34,228 nt of DNA, taken from positions 1 through 34,228 of IMG/VR virus record IMGVR_UViG_3300027672_000038; one strand, 5' to 3'. The position numbers were made by a program, and so were the translations under genes. This DNA comes from a virus (lineage: Duplodnaviria > Caudoviricetes). Positions 1-8,747 of the stretch are shown here, piece by piece. The notes beneath the pieces were generated by a model. That model was not told where the DNA came from. It was given only the letters and a program-made list of their open reading frames with translations, and searched no databases. Each line of letters opens with the position of its first letter. Position 1 is the first letter of the stretch.

Positions 1-127
1 CAACAGGTGCTATTATAAACATTCAAGAAGCAGGAACTTATAATGGATATTTTATTGCTAATGGAGTTGAGTTTGAAATAGTTACTCTGTCTGATAATAC
101 AATTTCATATTCAATAGACAACGTATC
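1..127 (+). repeat. Exact 127-nt copy of 33125-33251
   Basis: Direct comparison: caacaggtgc...gacaacgtatc is identical, and the copies diverge at 128 (t) versus 33252 (a). Confidence 0.95.
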
Positions 128-1394
128 TGTTAAAGAAGTACAAGGCAATCCTGCAACTATGACCAATATGGTAGAGGGTAATATCACTAACCAATATCCA
201 CTAACTAAGATTAGAAACTATTGGAGAATGGGAGATGGTATCTTAGATGGTTATCCTATCATACAAGACCAAACAAGTCCTAATCTTGCACATATACCTA
301 CTACTAATTTAGTAACGTATTCAGAAGATTTTAGTCAATGGAATTTAATAGGTGTTTCTTCTACTTATGGATTTTTATCGCCTAATGGAACAAATACTGC
401 TACAAAATTAACATCATTAAATACAGACCCTTATATATTTAAATCTGCACCATCTCCAAATGGAACTATTTATAGTAGTTCTATATATATAAAAGGAATA
501 GGAAACACTATTGGTAATACTGCTAGATTATGGATTATTAAAGATAATGTAGATTATCTTAATGAAGATTTTACAATAACAAATGAATGGCAAAGAATAT
601 CTACATCTAAAACTAATTATACTCCTGTTGTAAATTTTGTTACTATTAGATTAGATGCACCTGATATTAATCCACAAATAGGAGATGAAGTTTTTGTGTG
701 GGCAGGACAACTAGAACAACAATCACAAGCTACTGCATACTTAAAGTCAGATGGTATAGCAGCAGTAAGAAAAGCAACAACTACTAACTTAATTACTTAT
801 AGTGAAGATTTTAGTGGATACAATAAAAGTAATTATGCAATATTAGAAAACCAAATAGATTCTCCTTTTGGTATTTTAAATGCTACTAAAATAATACCTA
901 ACTCAGCATCAGGAGTAAACAAGTTTATGCTAAAATCTGTTGCAGGTTTGTCTAATAGTACGGCTTATAGTTTATCTATTTTTGCAAAAGCAGGGGAATT
1001 TGATAAGTTTCGCATAGAACAAGGAGATAACAGTAGAGGTGCTTGGTTTGATTTAACAAATGGAACTGTAGTATCAAGCAATTCTGACTTTGGCGAAAAT
1101 ATTACATTAATAAGTGATGGTTGGTATCGTTGCGAAGTAACTAGTAATACTGTTTCTACAAGTATGGCTTTTGTTATTGCAGCAAGTGATACAACAAATT
1201 TTCAATCAGGCAATAGTGTAAAAGGGGTTTATGTTATAGGTTCACAAGTAGAAGAACAAACACAAGCAGAAACGTATGCTAAGACAACAGGATTACCTGT
1301 AACAATAGATTTATTTACAGAAAACAATTACGGAACAATGACTAATATGGTAGCAGGAGATATAGTCTTAGATACACCAAATAACCCTGCATAA
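1..1394 (+). CDS. C-terminal part of giant LamG/CBM-like fibre protein (5'-partial; continuation of the ORF starting at 29125)
   Basis: The frame of ORF 159..1394 is open back to base 3 (TGAIINIQEAG...DNVSVKEVQGNPATMTNM), so ATG159 is internal. Bases 1-127 equal 33125-33251, and 111-246 match 34093-34228 with 3 mismatches. Contains two TNL(V/I)TYSEDFS-initiated beta-sandwich repeats and a closing GTMTNMVAGDIVLDTP motif. Confidence 0.9.
   Translation, partial: TGAIINIQEAGTYNGYFIANGVEFEIVTLSDNTISYSIDNVSVKEVQGNPATMTNMVEGNITNQYPLTKIRNYWRMGDGILDGYPIIQDQTSPNLAHIPTTNLVTYSEDFSQWNLIGVSSTYGFLSPNGTNTATKLTSLNTDPYIFKSAPSPNGTIYSSSIYIKGIGNTIGNTARLWIIKDNVDYLNEDFTITNEWQRISTSKTNYTPVVNFVTIRLDAPDINPQIGDEVFVWAGQLEQQSQATAYLKSDGIAAVRKATTTNLITYSEDFSGYNKSNYAILENQIDSPFGILNATKIIPNSASGVNKFMLKSVAGLSNSTAYSLSIFAKAGEFDKFRIEQGDNSRGAWFDLTNGTVVSSNSDFGENITLISDGWYRCEVTSNTVSTSMAFVIAASDTTNFQSGNSVKGVYVIGSQVEEQTQAETYAKTTGLPVTIDLFTENNYGTMTNMVAGDIVLDTPNNPA
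111..246 (+). repeat. 136-nt near-copy of window end 34093-34228 (3 mismatches)
   Basis: Identical except tat-tgg (YW, 219-224) versus tac-tat (YY, 34201-34206). Confidence 0.95.
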
Positions 1395-1404
1395 AAATAA
1401 AATT

Positions 1405-1650
1405 ATGATATATACAACACCATTAGTAACATTATTAGCTGAAGTAGATGCAGAAGGAAATCCTGTATGTGATTTCTCACAAATAGTAGAAGATTCTGCT
1501 GAAACTGTTAGAAGGTCTGTAGATGGTACATTATTTATTGCTAAATTTGAGGGCGATACTCCAACTTTTTTAGATGGATTAGATCAATATACTCACGAAG
1601 AAATTTTAGTAATAGTAAATACTGCTGCTTGGACACCTGAACAAGAATAA
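1405..1650 (+). CDS. Small acidic protein downstream of the fibre gene (possible fibre assembly chaperone)
   Basis: 81-aa ORF with A-rich start context. Function inferred from position only. Confidence 0.7.
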   Translation: MIYTTPLVTLLAEVDAEGNPVCDFSQIVEDSAETVRRSVDGTLFIAKFEGDTPTFLDGLDQYTHEEILVIVNTAAWTPEQE

Positions 1651-1656
1651 AAAAAA

Positions 1657-3690
1657 ATGGAAAACATACTAAATATAGATTTATCAAGCGTAACTTCACC
1701 TATAGTAGAAGAAGTAAGAGGTAAAGATTGGATAGAATATGGAACAGAAGAATGGGCTAATTTATATCCACAATTTTTAATAGACCTTTATTATGGAAGT
1801 AGTACTCATGCTGCTATTATAAATGGAACTGCTGACATGATCGCAGGAGATGACATAATAATTGATGAAGATGGTAAAGAAGATAATTTAGAAAGGTATG
1901 TTAAGCTGCAAAATTTCTTTTATAATGCTAATGGTAAAGAATCATTACATGAGATAATAAAAAAAATAAGTTTAGATTTTAAATTACAAGGTGCTTTTGC
2001 ATTACATTTAATTTGGAATAAAGGTAAAACAGAAATAGTTGAACTTTATCATATACCAGTAGAAAGAGTAAGAAGTGCTATACCAAATGAAATGGGTGTT
2101 GTAGACTATTACTATGTTTCTGCTGATTGGAGTGATACTAGATTAAATAAACCTACTAAAATAGCTGCATTTAATAGTAATGATAGAACAGGTGCTAGTC
2201 AGATTTTATATAGTGGCTTATACAGTCCTAATATGGATGTCTATCATACACCTGATTACATAGCAGCAAACAATTGGGCTATGGTAGATCAAAAAGTATC
2301 TGAATACCATCTCAACAATATAGCTAATGGATTTAGTGGATCATACATGATTAATTTTGCTAACGGAGTACCAACACAAGAAGAAAGAATTTCTTTAGAA
2401 AGAAGTCTTGCAGCTAAATTTTCAGGTAGTTCTAATTCAGGTAAAATGATAATTACATTTTCAGATGATAAAACTAGAACACCTGATATATTTCCAATAT
2501 CTGTAAGTAATGCTGACAAACAGTATTTGGCTTTACAAGAACTCCTCGTGCAAAACATTTTGACAGGACATAGAGTTACCTCACCAATGTTACTAGGAAT
2601 TAAATCTGATACAGGATTAGGTTCTAATGTAGATGAACTAAACAGTGCTTTTGAAGTATATTTAAATACAGTAGTAAAAGGGTTTCAAGTTCAAATATTA
2701 AGAGTTTTAGCAAAGATTTTTAGAATAAATAACATGGATATGCCTATTTCATTTGTTCAAGCTAAACCTATTACTACTCAATTTACTATTGAAGATATGA
2801 GAGCAGTAATGACACAATCAGAAATTCGTGAAGAACTTGGACTTGCTCCATTAGAAGAAGATCAGGTAGTAGAAGAAGATCAGGTAGTAGAAGAAGATGA
2901 TTATAGTAAAGTGGGAATGATTGATGGAAAGCCTGTTTATGATACAAAAGAAGAAGCTATTGCTCATGCTGAAAGACTTGGGTGTAGTGGTTACCATGAA
3001 CATGAATACGAAGGTAAAAATGTCTTTATGGCTTGTGAATCTCACGATGAGTTAATGAATTTTGGTAAAACAGAATTACAATCTTTCTTAGATACTATGG
3101 AAGATATACCTAAAGATTGGGAATTAATAGATGAAGAAAAAGTAGAAGATGAACACGAAGATTTTGATTTTGAACAAAGTCTTAATGAATTTGCTAACGA
3201 TAAAACTGAATTAGCATCTACAGGTATTGCAAGACCTAATGCAAAAACTAGAGGTAAAAATAATCAAGATGGAGTAAATAAATCATTTAATGATTATTAC
3301 AAAGTTAGATACGTTTATGCTAAAGATAATTTTTTATCACAAAAAGGAGAAACTAGAGATTTTTGTAGATTAATGACTTCAGCAAAAAAGATATATCGTA
3401 AACAAGATATTATTAATATGGGAAGTAAGCCTGTAAATGCAGGTTGGGGACCTAAAGGTGCTGCAACATATTCAATATTTTTTTACAAAGGAGGTGGAAA
3501 TTGCCACCACTATTGGCTTAGACAAATTTACAAGACTTCACTAACTAATGCTAAGAGTAATATATCTCCTAGTCAATTGATAGGATATACTAAAGCTAAG
3601 TCAGAAGGATTTACTGCACAAAAGAATGATAACAAAGTAGCTAAAGCACCAAAAAGAATGAAAAATAACGGATTTTTAAAACCTAGATAA
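1657..3690 (+). CDS. Portal protein with long C-terminal extension (His/Cys mini-domain plus MuF/head-morphogenesis-like tail)
   Basis: The N-terminal ~400 aa look like a portal (LIDLYYGSSTHAAII, LYHIPVERVR, ILTGHRVTSPMLLGI, QSEIREELGLAPL). It is followed by GCSGYHEH..MACESH and RDFCRLM...KGGGNCHHYW. Confidence 0.85.
   Translation: MENILNIDLSSVTSPIVEEVRGKDWIEYGTEEWANLYPQFLIDLYYGSSTHAAIINGTADMIAGDDIIIDEDGKEDNLERYVKLQNFFYNANGKESLHEIIKKISLDFKLQGAFALHLIWNKGKTEIVELYHIPVERVRSAIPNEMGVVDYYYVSADWSDTRLNKPTKIAAFNSNDRTGASQILYSGLYSPNMDVYHTPDYIAANNWAMVDQKVSEYHLNNIANGFSGSYMINFANGVPTQEERISLERSLAAKFSGSSNSGKMIITFSDDKTRTPDIFPISVSNADKQYLALQELLVQNILTGHRVTSPMLLGIKSDTGLGSNVDELNSAFEVYLNTVVKGFQVQILRVLAKIFRINNMDMPISFVQAKPITTQFTIEDMRAVMTQSEIREELGLAPLEEDQVVEEDQVVEEDDYSKVGMIDGKPVYDTKEEAIAHAERLGCSGYHEHEYEGKNVFMACESHDELMNFGKTELQSFLDTMEDIPKDWELIDEEKVEDEHEDFDFEQSLNEFANDKTELASTGIARPNAKTRGKNNQDGVNKSFNDYYKVRYVYAKDNFLSQKGETRDFCRLMTSAKKIYRKQDIINMGSKPVNAGWGPKGAATYSIFFYKGGGNCHHYWLRQIYKTSLTNAKSNISPSQLIGYTKAKSEGFTAQKNDNKVAKAPKRMKNNGFLKPR
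2852..2898 (+). repeat. 18-nt tandem repeat x2.6 (EEDQVV) in the portal linker
   Basis: tagaagaagatcaggtag twice, followed by tagaagaagat. Confidence 0.95.
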
Positions 3691-3691
3691 T

Positions 3692-4267
3692 ATGGCATAC
3701 GTTTTATTTATATCAGAAGATAAGCTGAAGGATTCTACTGCAATCAATATGAACGTAGACGTTCAATTTTTGTTGCCTTATGTAAGAATTGCTCAAGAGA
3801 AGTATATAGAAACAAAATTAGGAACTAATCTATTTGTAGCAATTCAACAAATGATTAAATTAGGTACTATAGGTAATGTGGGAAATGCTAACTATAAATT
3901 ACTACTAGATGATTACATAGCTGATGTTTTAATACATTACAGTTTCTATGAGGTTTTACCTTTTTTAAGATATAAAGTACAAAATAATAATGTAGTTGCA
4001 AAAACTGCTGAAAATTCTAATCCTTTATCAAGAACAGATGCACAAGATTTAAGATCAGAAGTTTCAAATACTGCTCAATTTTATACAGAAAGGCTTGTTT
4101 CTTATTTATGTGATAATTCAAATCTTTATCCTGAATATAGTACGAACACAGGAAGTGAAATTTCACCTGATTCTAATGCTTACTATCAAGGAATGAATCT
4201 AGAAAGAATAAGAATTAATGATCATAAAATAACAATAAGAGATTTTTTAGATACTACATATAATTAA
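3692..4267 (+). CDS. Putative head-tail adaptor/connector protein
   Basis: 191 aa, helical, immediately after the portal. The motif AQEKYIETKLGTNLF resembles adaptors of Bacteroidota phages. Confidence 0.6.
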   Translation: MAYVLFISEDKLKDSTAINMNVDVQFLLPYVRIAQEKYIETKLGTNLFVAIQQMIKLGTIGNVGNANYKLLLDDYIADVLIHYSFYEVLPFLRYKVQNNNVVAKTAENSNPLSRTDAQDLRSEVSNTAQFYTERLVSYLCDNSNLYPEYSTNTGSEISPDSNAYYQGMNLERIRINDHKITIRDFLDTTYN

Positions 4268-4407
4268 TGAAGAAACATTATAAAATTAAAGAAGTAAATA
4301 AAATAAAATTAAAATCATACTTGACAAATGCCGATAAATCTAGTAACAAAGGAAGTGGGAGAAGTAATAGGGGTAAATTCAGTAATTCTAAGCGTAACAA
4401 CATTTAG
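4267..4407 (+). CDS. Small basic hypothetical protein (46 aa, not in ORF track)
   Basis: TAATG-coupled start, MKKHYKIKEVNKIKLKSYL...; its 3' half overlaps the next ORF. Confidence 0.35.
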   Translation: MKKHYKIKEVNKIKLKSYLTNADKSSNKGSGRSNRGKFSNSKRNNI

Positions 4408-4507
4408 CAATATAGAAATAGCTTTAAAGATTATCCTATTAGTAGTTTCAATAGCCTATACAATAGACAAATGGTATAATCAAAAAAAAAGAAATTCAAA
4501 TAAATAA
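4328..4507 (+). CDS. Holin-like membrane protein (59 aa, not in ORF track)
   Basis: MPINLVTKEVGEVIGVNSVILSVTTFSNIEIALKIILLVVSIAYTIDKWYNQKKRNSNK has hydrophobic segments and a basic C-tail, and stops 2 nt before the endolysin. Confidence 0.75.
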   Translation: MPINLVTKEVGEVIGVNSVILSVTTFSNIEIALKIILLVVSIAYTIDKWYNQKKRNSNK

Positions 4508-4509
4508 TT

Positions 4510-4872
4510 TTGAAATATTTTAAAATATCTGAATTTGATAGTCCTGATGTAAAAGGAAGTGGGGATAAAATGAATAAAGTTTTGATAGGATTATTAGATC
4601 AAGCAAGAGAAAGAGCAGGAATACCTTTTAAAATTACAAGTGGTTATAGAACAGTAGAATGGAATCTTAAAGTTGGGGGTAGAGTAGGTTCTAGTCATAT
4701 AAAAGGTTTAGCCGTAGATATATATTTACCAAAAAGTTCAAGAGATAGATTCTTAATTATTAATGCACTTATAGAAGTCGGTTTTAATAGGCTAGGCATA
4801 GCATTTAAGAGAGGATTTATGCACGTTGATATAGATAGTAGTAAAGACAGTAATGTCATTTGGAGTTATTAA
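4510..4872 (+). CDS. Endolysin, peptidase M15 family (zinc peptidase)
   Basis: ITSGYR, SSHIKGLAVDI (SxHxxGxAxD) and FMHVD motifs. TTG start. Confidence 0.9.
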   Translation: MKYFKISEFDSPDVKGSGDKMNKVLIGLLDQARERAGIPFKITSGYRTVEWNLKVGGRVGSSHIKGLAVDIYLPKSSRDRFLIINALIEVGFNRLGIAFKRGFMHVDIDSSKDSNVIWSY

Positions 4873-4886
4873 TTAAAAAAAAGAAA

Positions 4887-5069
4887 ATGAAACAATATTT
4901 AATAGGTAAAATTTTAAAAAGTCGTAAAGTATGGTACACAATAGCAGCAATAGTAGTTCCTTTTGTAGCTAGAGTTTTAGGAATAGATGAGGTTCACGTT
5001 ACAGAAATGTTCTGGTCATTAGTTGCTTTAACAGGTGCGCAAGGACTAGCTGATAGTGGAAAGAAGTAA
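4887..5069 (+). CDS. Second holin-like two-TM protein
   Basis: KSRKVW followed by two hydrophobic segments. ATG4887 after an A-rich tract is preferred over 4860. Confidence 0.65.
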   Translation: MKQYLIGKILKSRKVWYTIAAIVVPFVARVLGIDEVHVTEMFWSLVALTGAQGLADSGKK

Positions 5070-5778
5070 CAGATATAGATTAAGACCTAACGAGGTAAAA
5101 GTCATACAAAAACTGCGAGAGCAAGAAATAAACAATGTATTAGTAATAGGAGATTTGCACGAACCTTTTTGTTTAGACTCTTACCTTGATTGGTGTAAAG
5201 AACAGTATAATGTTTGGAATTGTACAGAAGTAGTGTTTATAGGTGATATAATAGACAATCACTATAGCAGCTACCATGAAACATCTGCCGATGGTTTAAG
5301 TGGCTTAGAAGAGCTTGAAATAGCTATTAAGCGTATAGCAAGATGGTACAATGCTTTTCCAATAGCAACAGTCATAATAGGAAACCATGACAGGCTTATT
5401 ATGAGAAAGGCACAAACAAGTGCAATACCATCAAAATGGATCAAATCATATAAAGAAGTATTAGAAGTACCTGAATGGAATTTTGTTGAACGATATGTAA
5501 AAGATGGTGTTCAATATATTCATGGAGAAGGAGGAACTGCATCTACAAAATGTCGTGCTGATATGATGAATACAGTACAAGGACATTTACATACACAATG
5601 TTATGTTCAAAATTTTGTAGGAAATAAATTTAGAATTTTTGGAGTTCAAGTAGGTTGTGGAATAGATCATGAAAGTTACGCTATGGCTTACGCTAAATAT
5701 GGAAAAAAACCTGCAATTTCTTGTGCAGTTATCTTAAATAACGGCAAAATACCGATCAATTTATTGATGCCTTTATAA
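5056..5778 (+). CDS. Calcineurin-like metallophosphoesterase
   Basis: All five motifs are present: GDLH, GDIID, GNHD, IHG, GHLH. GTG start. Confidence 0.92.
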   Translation: MERSNRYRLRPNEVKVIQKLREQEINNVLVIGDLHEPFCLDSYLDWCKEQYNVWNCTEVVFIGDIIDNHYSSYHETSADGLSGLEELEIAIKRIARWYNAFPIATVIIGNHDRLIMRKAQTSAIPSKWIKSYKEVLEVPEWNFVERYVKDGVQYIHGEGGTASTKCRADMMNTVQGHLHTQCYVQNFVGNKFRIFGVQVGCGIDHESYAMAYAKYGKKPAISCAVILNNGKIPINLLMPL

Positions 5779-5797
5779 TCTAGTATAACCTTTTATT

Positions 5798-5828
5798 TGT
5801 TAATTATTATGTTAATATAGTTGTTAAT
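5798..5828 (+). repeat. Three TGTTAAT direct repeats with 12-nt period
   Basis: Copies start at 5798, 5810 and 5822; the third overlaps the -33 element. Confidence 0.7.
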
Positions 5829-5850
5829 TCAATTATTTTATATATATTTG
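5821..5850 (+). promoter_or_regulatory. Bacteroidota housekeeping-type promoter (early operon)
   Basis: TTG (5821-23), 19-nt spacer, TATATTTG (5843-50). Matches the -33/-7 TAnnTTTG consensus and lies in an intergenic gap. Confidence 0.8.
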
Positions 5851-5891
5851 TATTATAAATAACTAGAATACTAATTAAAACCTTACGAATT

Positions 5892-6092
5892 TTGAAAACA
5901 TTTGATAAATACAAGCAAAACCTTAGACAAGAAGGCAATTTTATAATTTCCTATACAACTAAAGTTGCAGAAATAATAGGCAACGAATTACATAAATTAA
6001 ATTGGAATGTAAAAGGTAAAACAAAAAGTCCTACTACATCTAAGCATATTAATTATGTAGCAAAAGAATTGAATTTAAACTTAATTAAATAA
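5892..6092 (+). CDS. Hypothetical early protein
   Basis: 66 aa, TTG start, first gene after the promoter (ISYTTKVA...SPTTSKHINY). Confidence 0.75.
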   Translation: MKTFDKYKQNLRQEGNFIISYTTKVAEIIGNELHKLNWNVKGKTKSPTTSKHINYVAKELNLNLIK

Positions 6093-6096
6093 TATT

Positions 6097-6321
6097 ATGA
6101 ATAAACAATATATTTTAAAGCATAAATTAACTAATAAGGAACATATCCTTAATGCTGAAGAAAAAGAAAAATTTTATCTCCATCAAAATAAATTTGATTA
6201 TTTAGAATCAGAATTATTAGAAATAGAAATAGAAAATAATTGGAGAGAAGAATTAGGCTTAGCACTTATAGGTCTAACAATAATAATATTAGGAACTAAA
6301 ATAGTAATGGAATGGATTTAA
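6097..6321 (+). CDS. Hypothetical protein with C-terminal TM helix
   Basis: 74 aa, hydrophobic LGLALIGLTIIILG. Confidence 0.7.
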   Translation: MNKQYILKHKLTNKEHILNAEEKEKFYLHQNKFDYLESELLEIEIENNWREELGLALIGLTIIILGTKIVMEWI

Positions 6322-6647
6322 TAGCGAAAGACTTTCACTTTTACCCTAATGGTAGATATACTTCAGTAACTAAACGTGATATAATGACAGGTAATTATAC
6401 TAAAGATTTAGAAGAAATTACTACTAATATCAGAGTATTTGGAACAGAAGATCAGATAGAAGAAACATTAAATAAATTGATTTCAAAGATTGACATAGCT
6501 TTAGATGAATGTTTTAAATACGAATTATATAAAAAAGATTCGTTTTTTTATTCTAAAGAAAGAAATGAGAGAATTAGAAAATCTTTAGAAAGACTTAACA
6601 AAGAATATTTACTAAATAATAAACAACCTTTAATTTATAATATATGA
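6312..6647 (+). CDS. Hypothetical protein
   Basis: 111 aa, tightly packed in the operon. Confidence 0.7.
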   Translation: MDLIAKDFHFYPNGRYTSVTKRDIMTGNYTKDLEEITTNIRVFGTEDQIEETLNKLISKIDIALDECFKYELYKKDSFFYSKERNERIRKSLERLNKEYLLNNKQPLIYNI

Positions 6648-6826
6648 TATATAAAAACTTACACGATATTAATACTATTGCTAGTGGCGATAATGAAACA
6701 TTAGTCTGTGGTACTGATGAAAATGGGAAAAAGTTTACCCTAACTCTATCAACCTTTGAAATTTTAGAATGGTTTGATAAAGAATACTTAAAAGAAACTC
6801 TAATTAAATACATAAATAAAAAATGA
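6644..6826 (+). CDS. Hypothetical protein
   Basis: 60 aa, ATGA overlaps on both sides. Confidence 0.7.
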   Translation: MIYKNLHDINTIASGDNETLVCGTDENGKKFTLTLSTFEILEWFDKEYLKETLIKYINKK

Positions 6827-7458
6827 TAGTAGCGAAAGCAGGACAAGAAAAAAAAGAATATGAAAATGTACCTCAAGGTACTCACATAGCAAGATGTTAT
6901 TCAATGATCCATATAGGTACAGTAGAATGGGAATACATGGGAGAAGTTAAAAATACTGATAAAGTAAGAATAGCATTTGAATTACCAAATGAGATGAGAG
7001 ATTTTAATGATAGAAATCTACCAATGGCTATTGAAAAAGAATATACTCTTTCTATGTATGAACAATCTAATTTAAGAAAAGATTTAGAATGTTGGAGAGG
7101 TAAAGCATTTACAGATCAGGAAGCTAGAGAATTTGATATTACTAAACTTCTTGCTGTATCTTGTCAGATTTCAGTAGTTCATAAGATTTCTAAGAAAGGT
7201 TCTACTTATGCTACTATTAGTGCAATTACTCCATTAGTTAAGGGAGCAGTAGCACCTGATCAAATTAATAATTCTTTTCAATTTAATTATAATGATGATT
7301 TCAATACAGAATGGTTAGAGGAAGAATGTCCTAAATGGATTGCTGAAACAATAAAAAGTACACCTGAATATAAATCAAAAATTAATGAGTATAATGATTT
7401 ACAAGAAATAGATGATGTAGTTAGTGCAATTTCAGATGATAATGATATGCCATTTTAA
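6823..7458 (+). CDS. Single-stranded DNA-binding protein-like
   Basis: Beta-rich OB-fold-like N-terminus and an SSB-type acidic tip DDNDMPF. Confidence 0.7.
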   Translation: MIVAKAGQEKKEYENVPQGTHIARCYSMIHIGTVEWEYMGEVKNTDKVRIAFELPNEMRDFNDRNLPMAIEKEYTLSMYEQSNLRKDLECWRGKAFTDQEAREFDITKLLAVSCQISVVHKISKKGSTYATISAITPLVKGAVAPDQINNSFQFNYNDDFNTEWLEEECPKWIAETIKSTPEYKSKINEYNDLQEIDDVVSAISDDNDMPF

Positions 7459-7459
7459 T

Positions 7460-7975
7460 ATGAATAAAAAAGATAAATTTGAATTAATATGTAATCTTAC
7501 AACAGATTTTTTAAATCTTGAAAAAGGTTCATTATCTGAAAAGACAAGAAAGAAAAACATTCTTATACCTAGAATGGTTGCTTCTCTTGTGGGTATTCTT
7601 TCAGCAGATATACATCCTAAGATAATAAGTGATGTATTAAAAAGAGATAGATCAACTATTATATATTATAGAAGTTCACACAAGTATAATTTTGCTACTT
7701 TTCCTAAATACAGAGAATTATTTCTTAGTATATATAATGTTTACAATGAAATAAATAACTGTAGATTATTTTTTAAAGATAGAAATGATTTAGAAATGTA
7801 TTTAATTGAATCAAATATTGTTTCAGAAAAAAAGAAACAAGTAGAAATTAAAATTATTAGTGGAAAAATTAGTAAATCGGTTAAGACTTCTTATCTTTCT
7901 TGTGATAAATTAATTAAAAATATAAAAGAATCTTTAAAAAATTATAATTATTCAATAGAGATAAAATCATTATGA
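7460..7975 (+). CDS. Protein with DnaA domain IV-like HTH
   Basis: SEKTRKKNILIPRMVA...ISDVLKRDRSTIIY parallels the DnaA C-terminal SRxxxIxxPRQ...RDHTTVIH pattern. ATG7460 is preferred to 7424. Confidence 0.7.
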   Translation: MNKKDKFELICNLTTDFLNLEKGSLSEKTRKKNILIPRMVASLVGILSADIHPKIISDVLKRDRSTIIYYRSSHKYNFATFPKYRELFLSIYNVYNEINNCRLFFKDRNDLEMYLIESNIVSEKKKQVEIKIISGKISKSVKTSYLSCDKLIKNIKESLKNYNYSIEIKSL

Positions 7976-8595
7976 AAGAAAAACCAAGTTACTATGCAAT
8001 ATTAACATCAGAAGTTAGATATAATAAAAATCTTACTCCTAATGCTAAATTACTTTATGCTGAAATAACTGCACTTTGCAATATGAATGGTAAATGTTTT
8101 GCATCTAATAAATATTTTTCAGAATTATATGGTAAATCAAAATCAAGTATATCTAAATGGATTAGCCAGTTAGTTGCTTATGGTTATGTTTCAGTTACTT
8201 TTACTTATAAAGATGGAAGTAAAGAAATTGATAAAAGGTATATCAGTTTAAAAGAGGGGGGTGTAGTAAAAAATGATCATAGGGGTATAGTAAATAAGTT
8301 AAAGGATAATAGTACAAGTATTAATACTACAAGTACTAATATATCTATAAAGGAAAAATTTATTAATCAAGTTATGTTCTTTGATTATCCAAAAGAAATG
8401 AAAGAAGATTTTATAAGTTATTGGACAGAAGGAATCAAAAAGATGAGGTTTCAAAAGCAAGGAACATTTGAGATTAAATTAAGATTAGAGAGATGGAATA
8501 AAAATTCTAAGAAATGGGATATTCCAAAAAAATTTAGTGCATCTAAATTTGATCTTCAAACAAATGAATGGATAAAAGCAAAAGAATTATTATGA
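7972..8595 (+). CDS. Replication initiator (N-terminal winged HTH, lambda O-like organisation)
   Basis: YYAILTSEVRYNKNLTPNAKLLYAEI...CFASNKYFSELY...ISKWISQL, with a central low-complexity linker carrying DNA repeats. Confidence 0.8.
   Translation: MKEKPSYYAILTSEVRYNKNLTPNAKLLYAEITALCNMNGKCFASNKYFSELYGKSKSSISKWISQLVAYGYVSVTFTYKDGSKEIDKRYISLKEGGVVKNDHRGIVNKLKDNSTSINTTSTNISIKEKFINQVMFFDYPKEMKEDFISYWTEGIKKMRFQKQGTFEIKLRLERWNKNSKKWDIPKKFSASKFDLQTNEWIKAKELL
8235..8342 (+). repeat. Putative replication origin iterons inside the initiator gene
   Basis: GGGGTRTAGTAAA at 8258 and 8282 (degenerate AAGGTATA at 8235), then taataStacaagtaY twice (8307-8336) in an AT-rich tract. Confidence 0.55.
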
Positions 8596-8747
8596 ATATA
8601 GTAGAAGAATTAAGGCAGAAGATTTATTTAGAAAAGTTATTTAAAAAAAATTTTATAGATTTAGATAATTATTTTAAATATAGTGGTAAGACTGAAAAGA
8701 ATGTAAATCTTAAAAAGATGATTCCAAAATACAGATTAAAAAAATGA
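8592..8747 (+). CDS. Small hypothetical protein (51 aa, not in ORF track)
   Basis: MNIVEELRQKIYLEKLFKKNFIDLDNYFKYSGK...; ATGA overlaps with both neighbours fill the gap exactly. Confidence 0.7.
   Translation: MNIVEELRQKIYLEKLFKKNFIDLDNYFKYSGKTEKNVNLKKMIPKYRLKK

Noticed and set aside
111-246. Diversity-generating retroelement TR/VR pair
   Set aside because: No reverse transcriptase motif (YxDD in an RT context) was found, and the mismatches (T/C, G/A, G/T) are not adenine-specific.
159-1394. Independent 411-aa gene starting at ATG159
   Set aside because: The frame is open upstream to the window edge, and this Met is part of the repeated MTNM linker motif.
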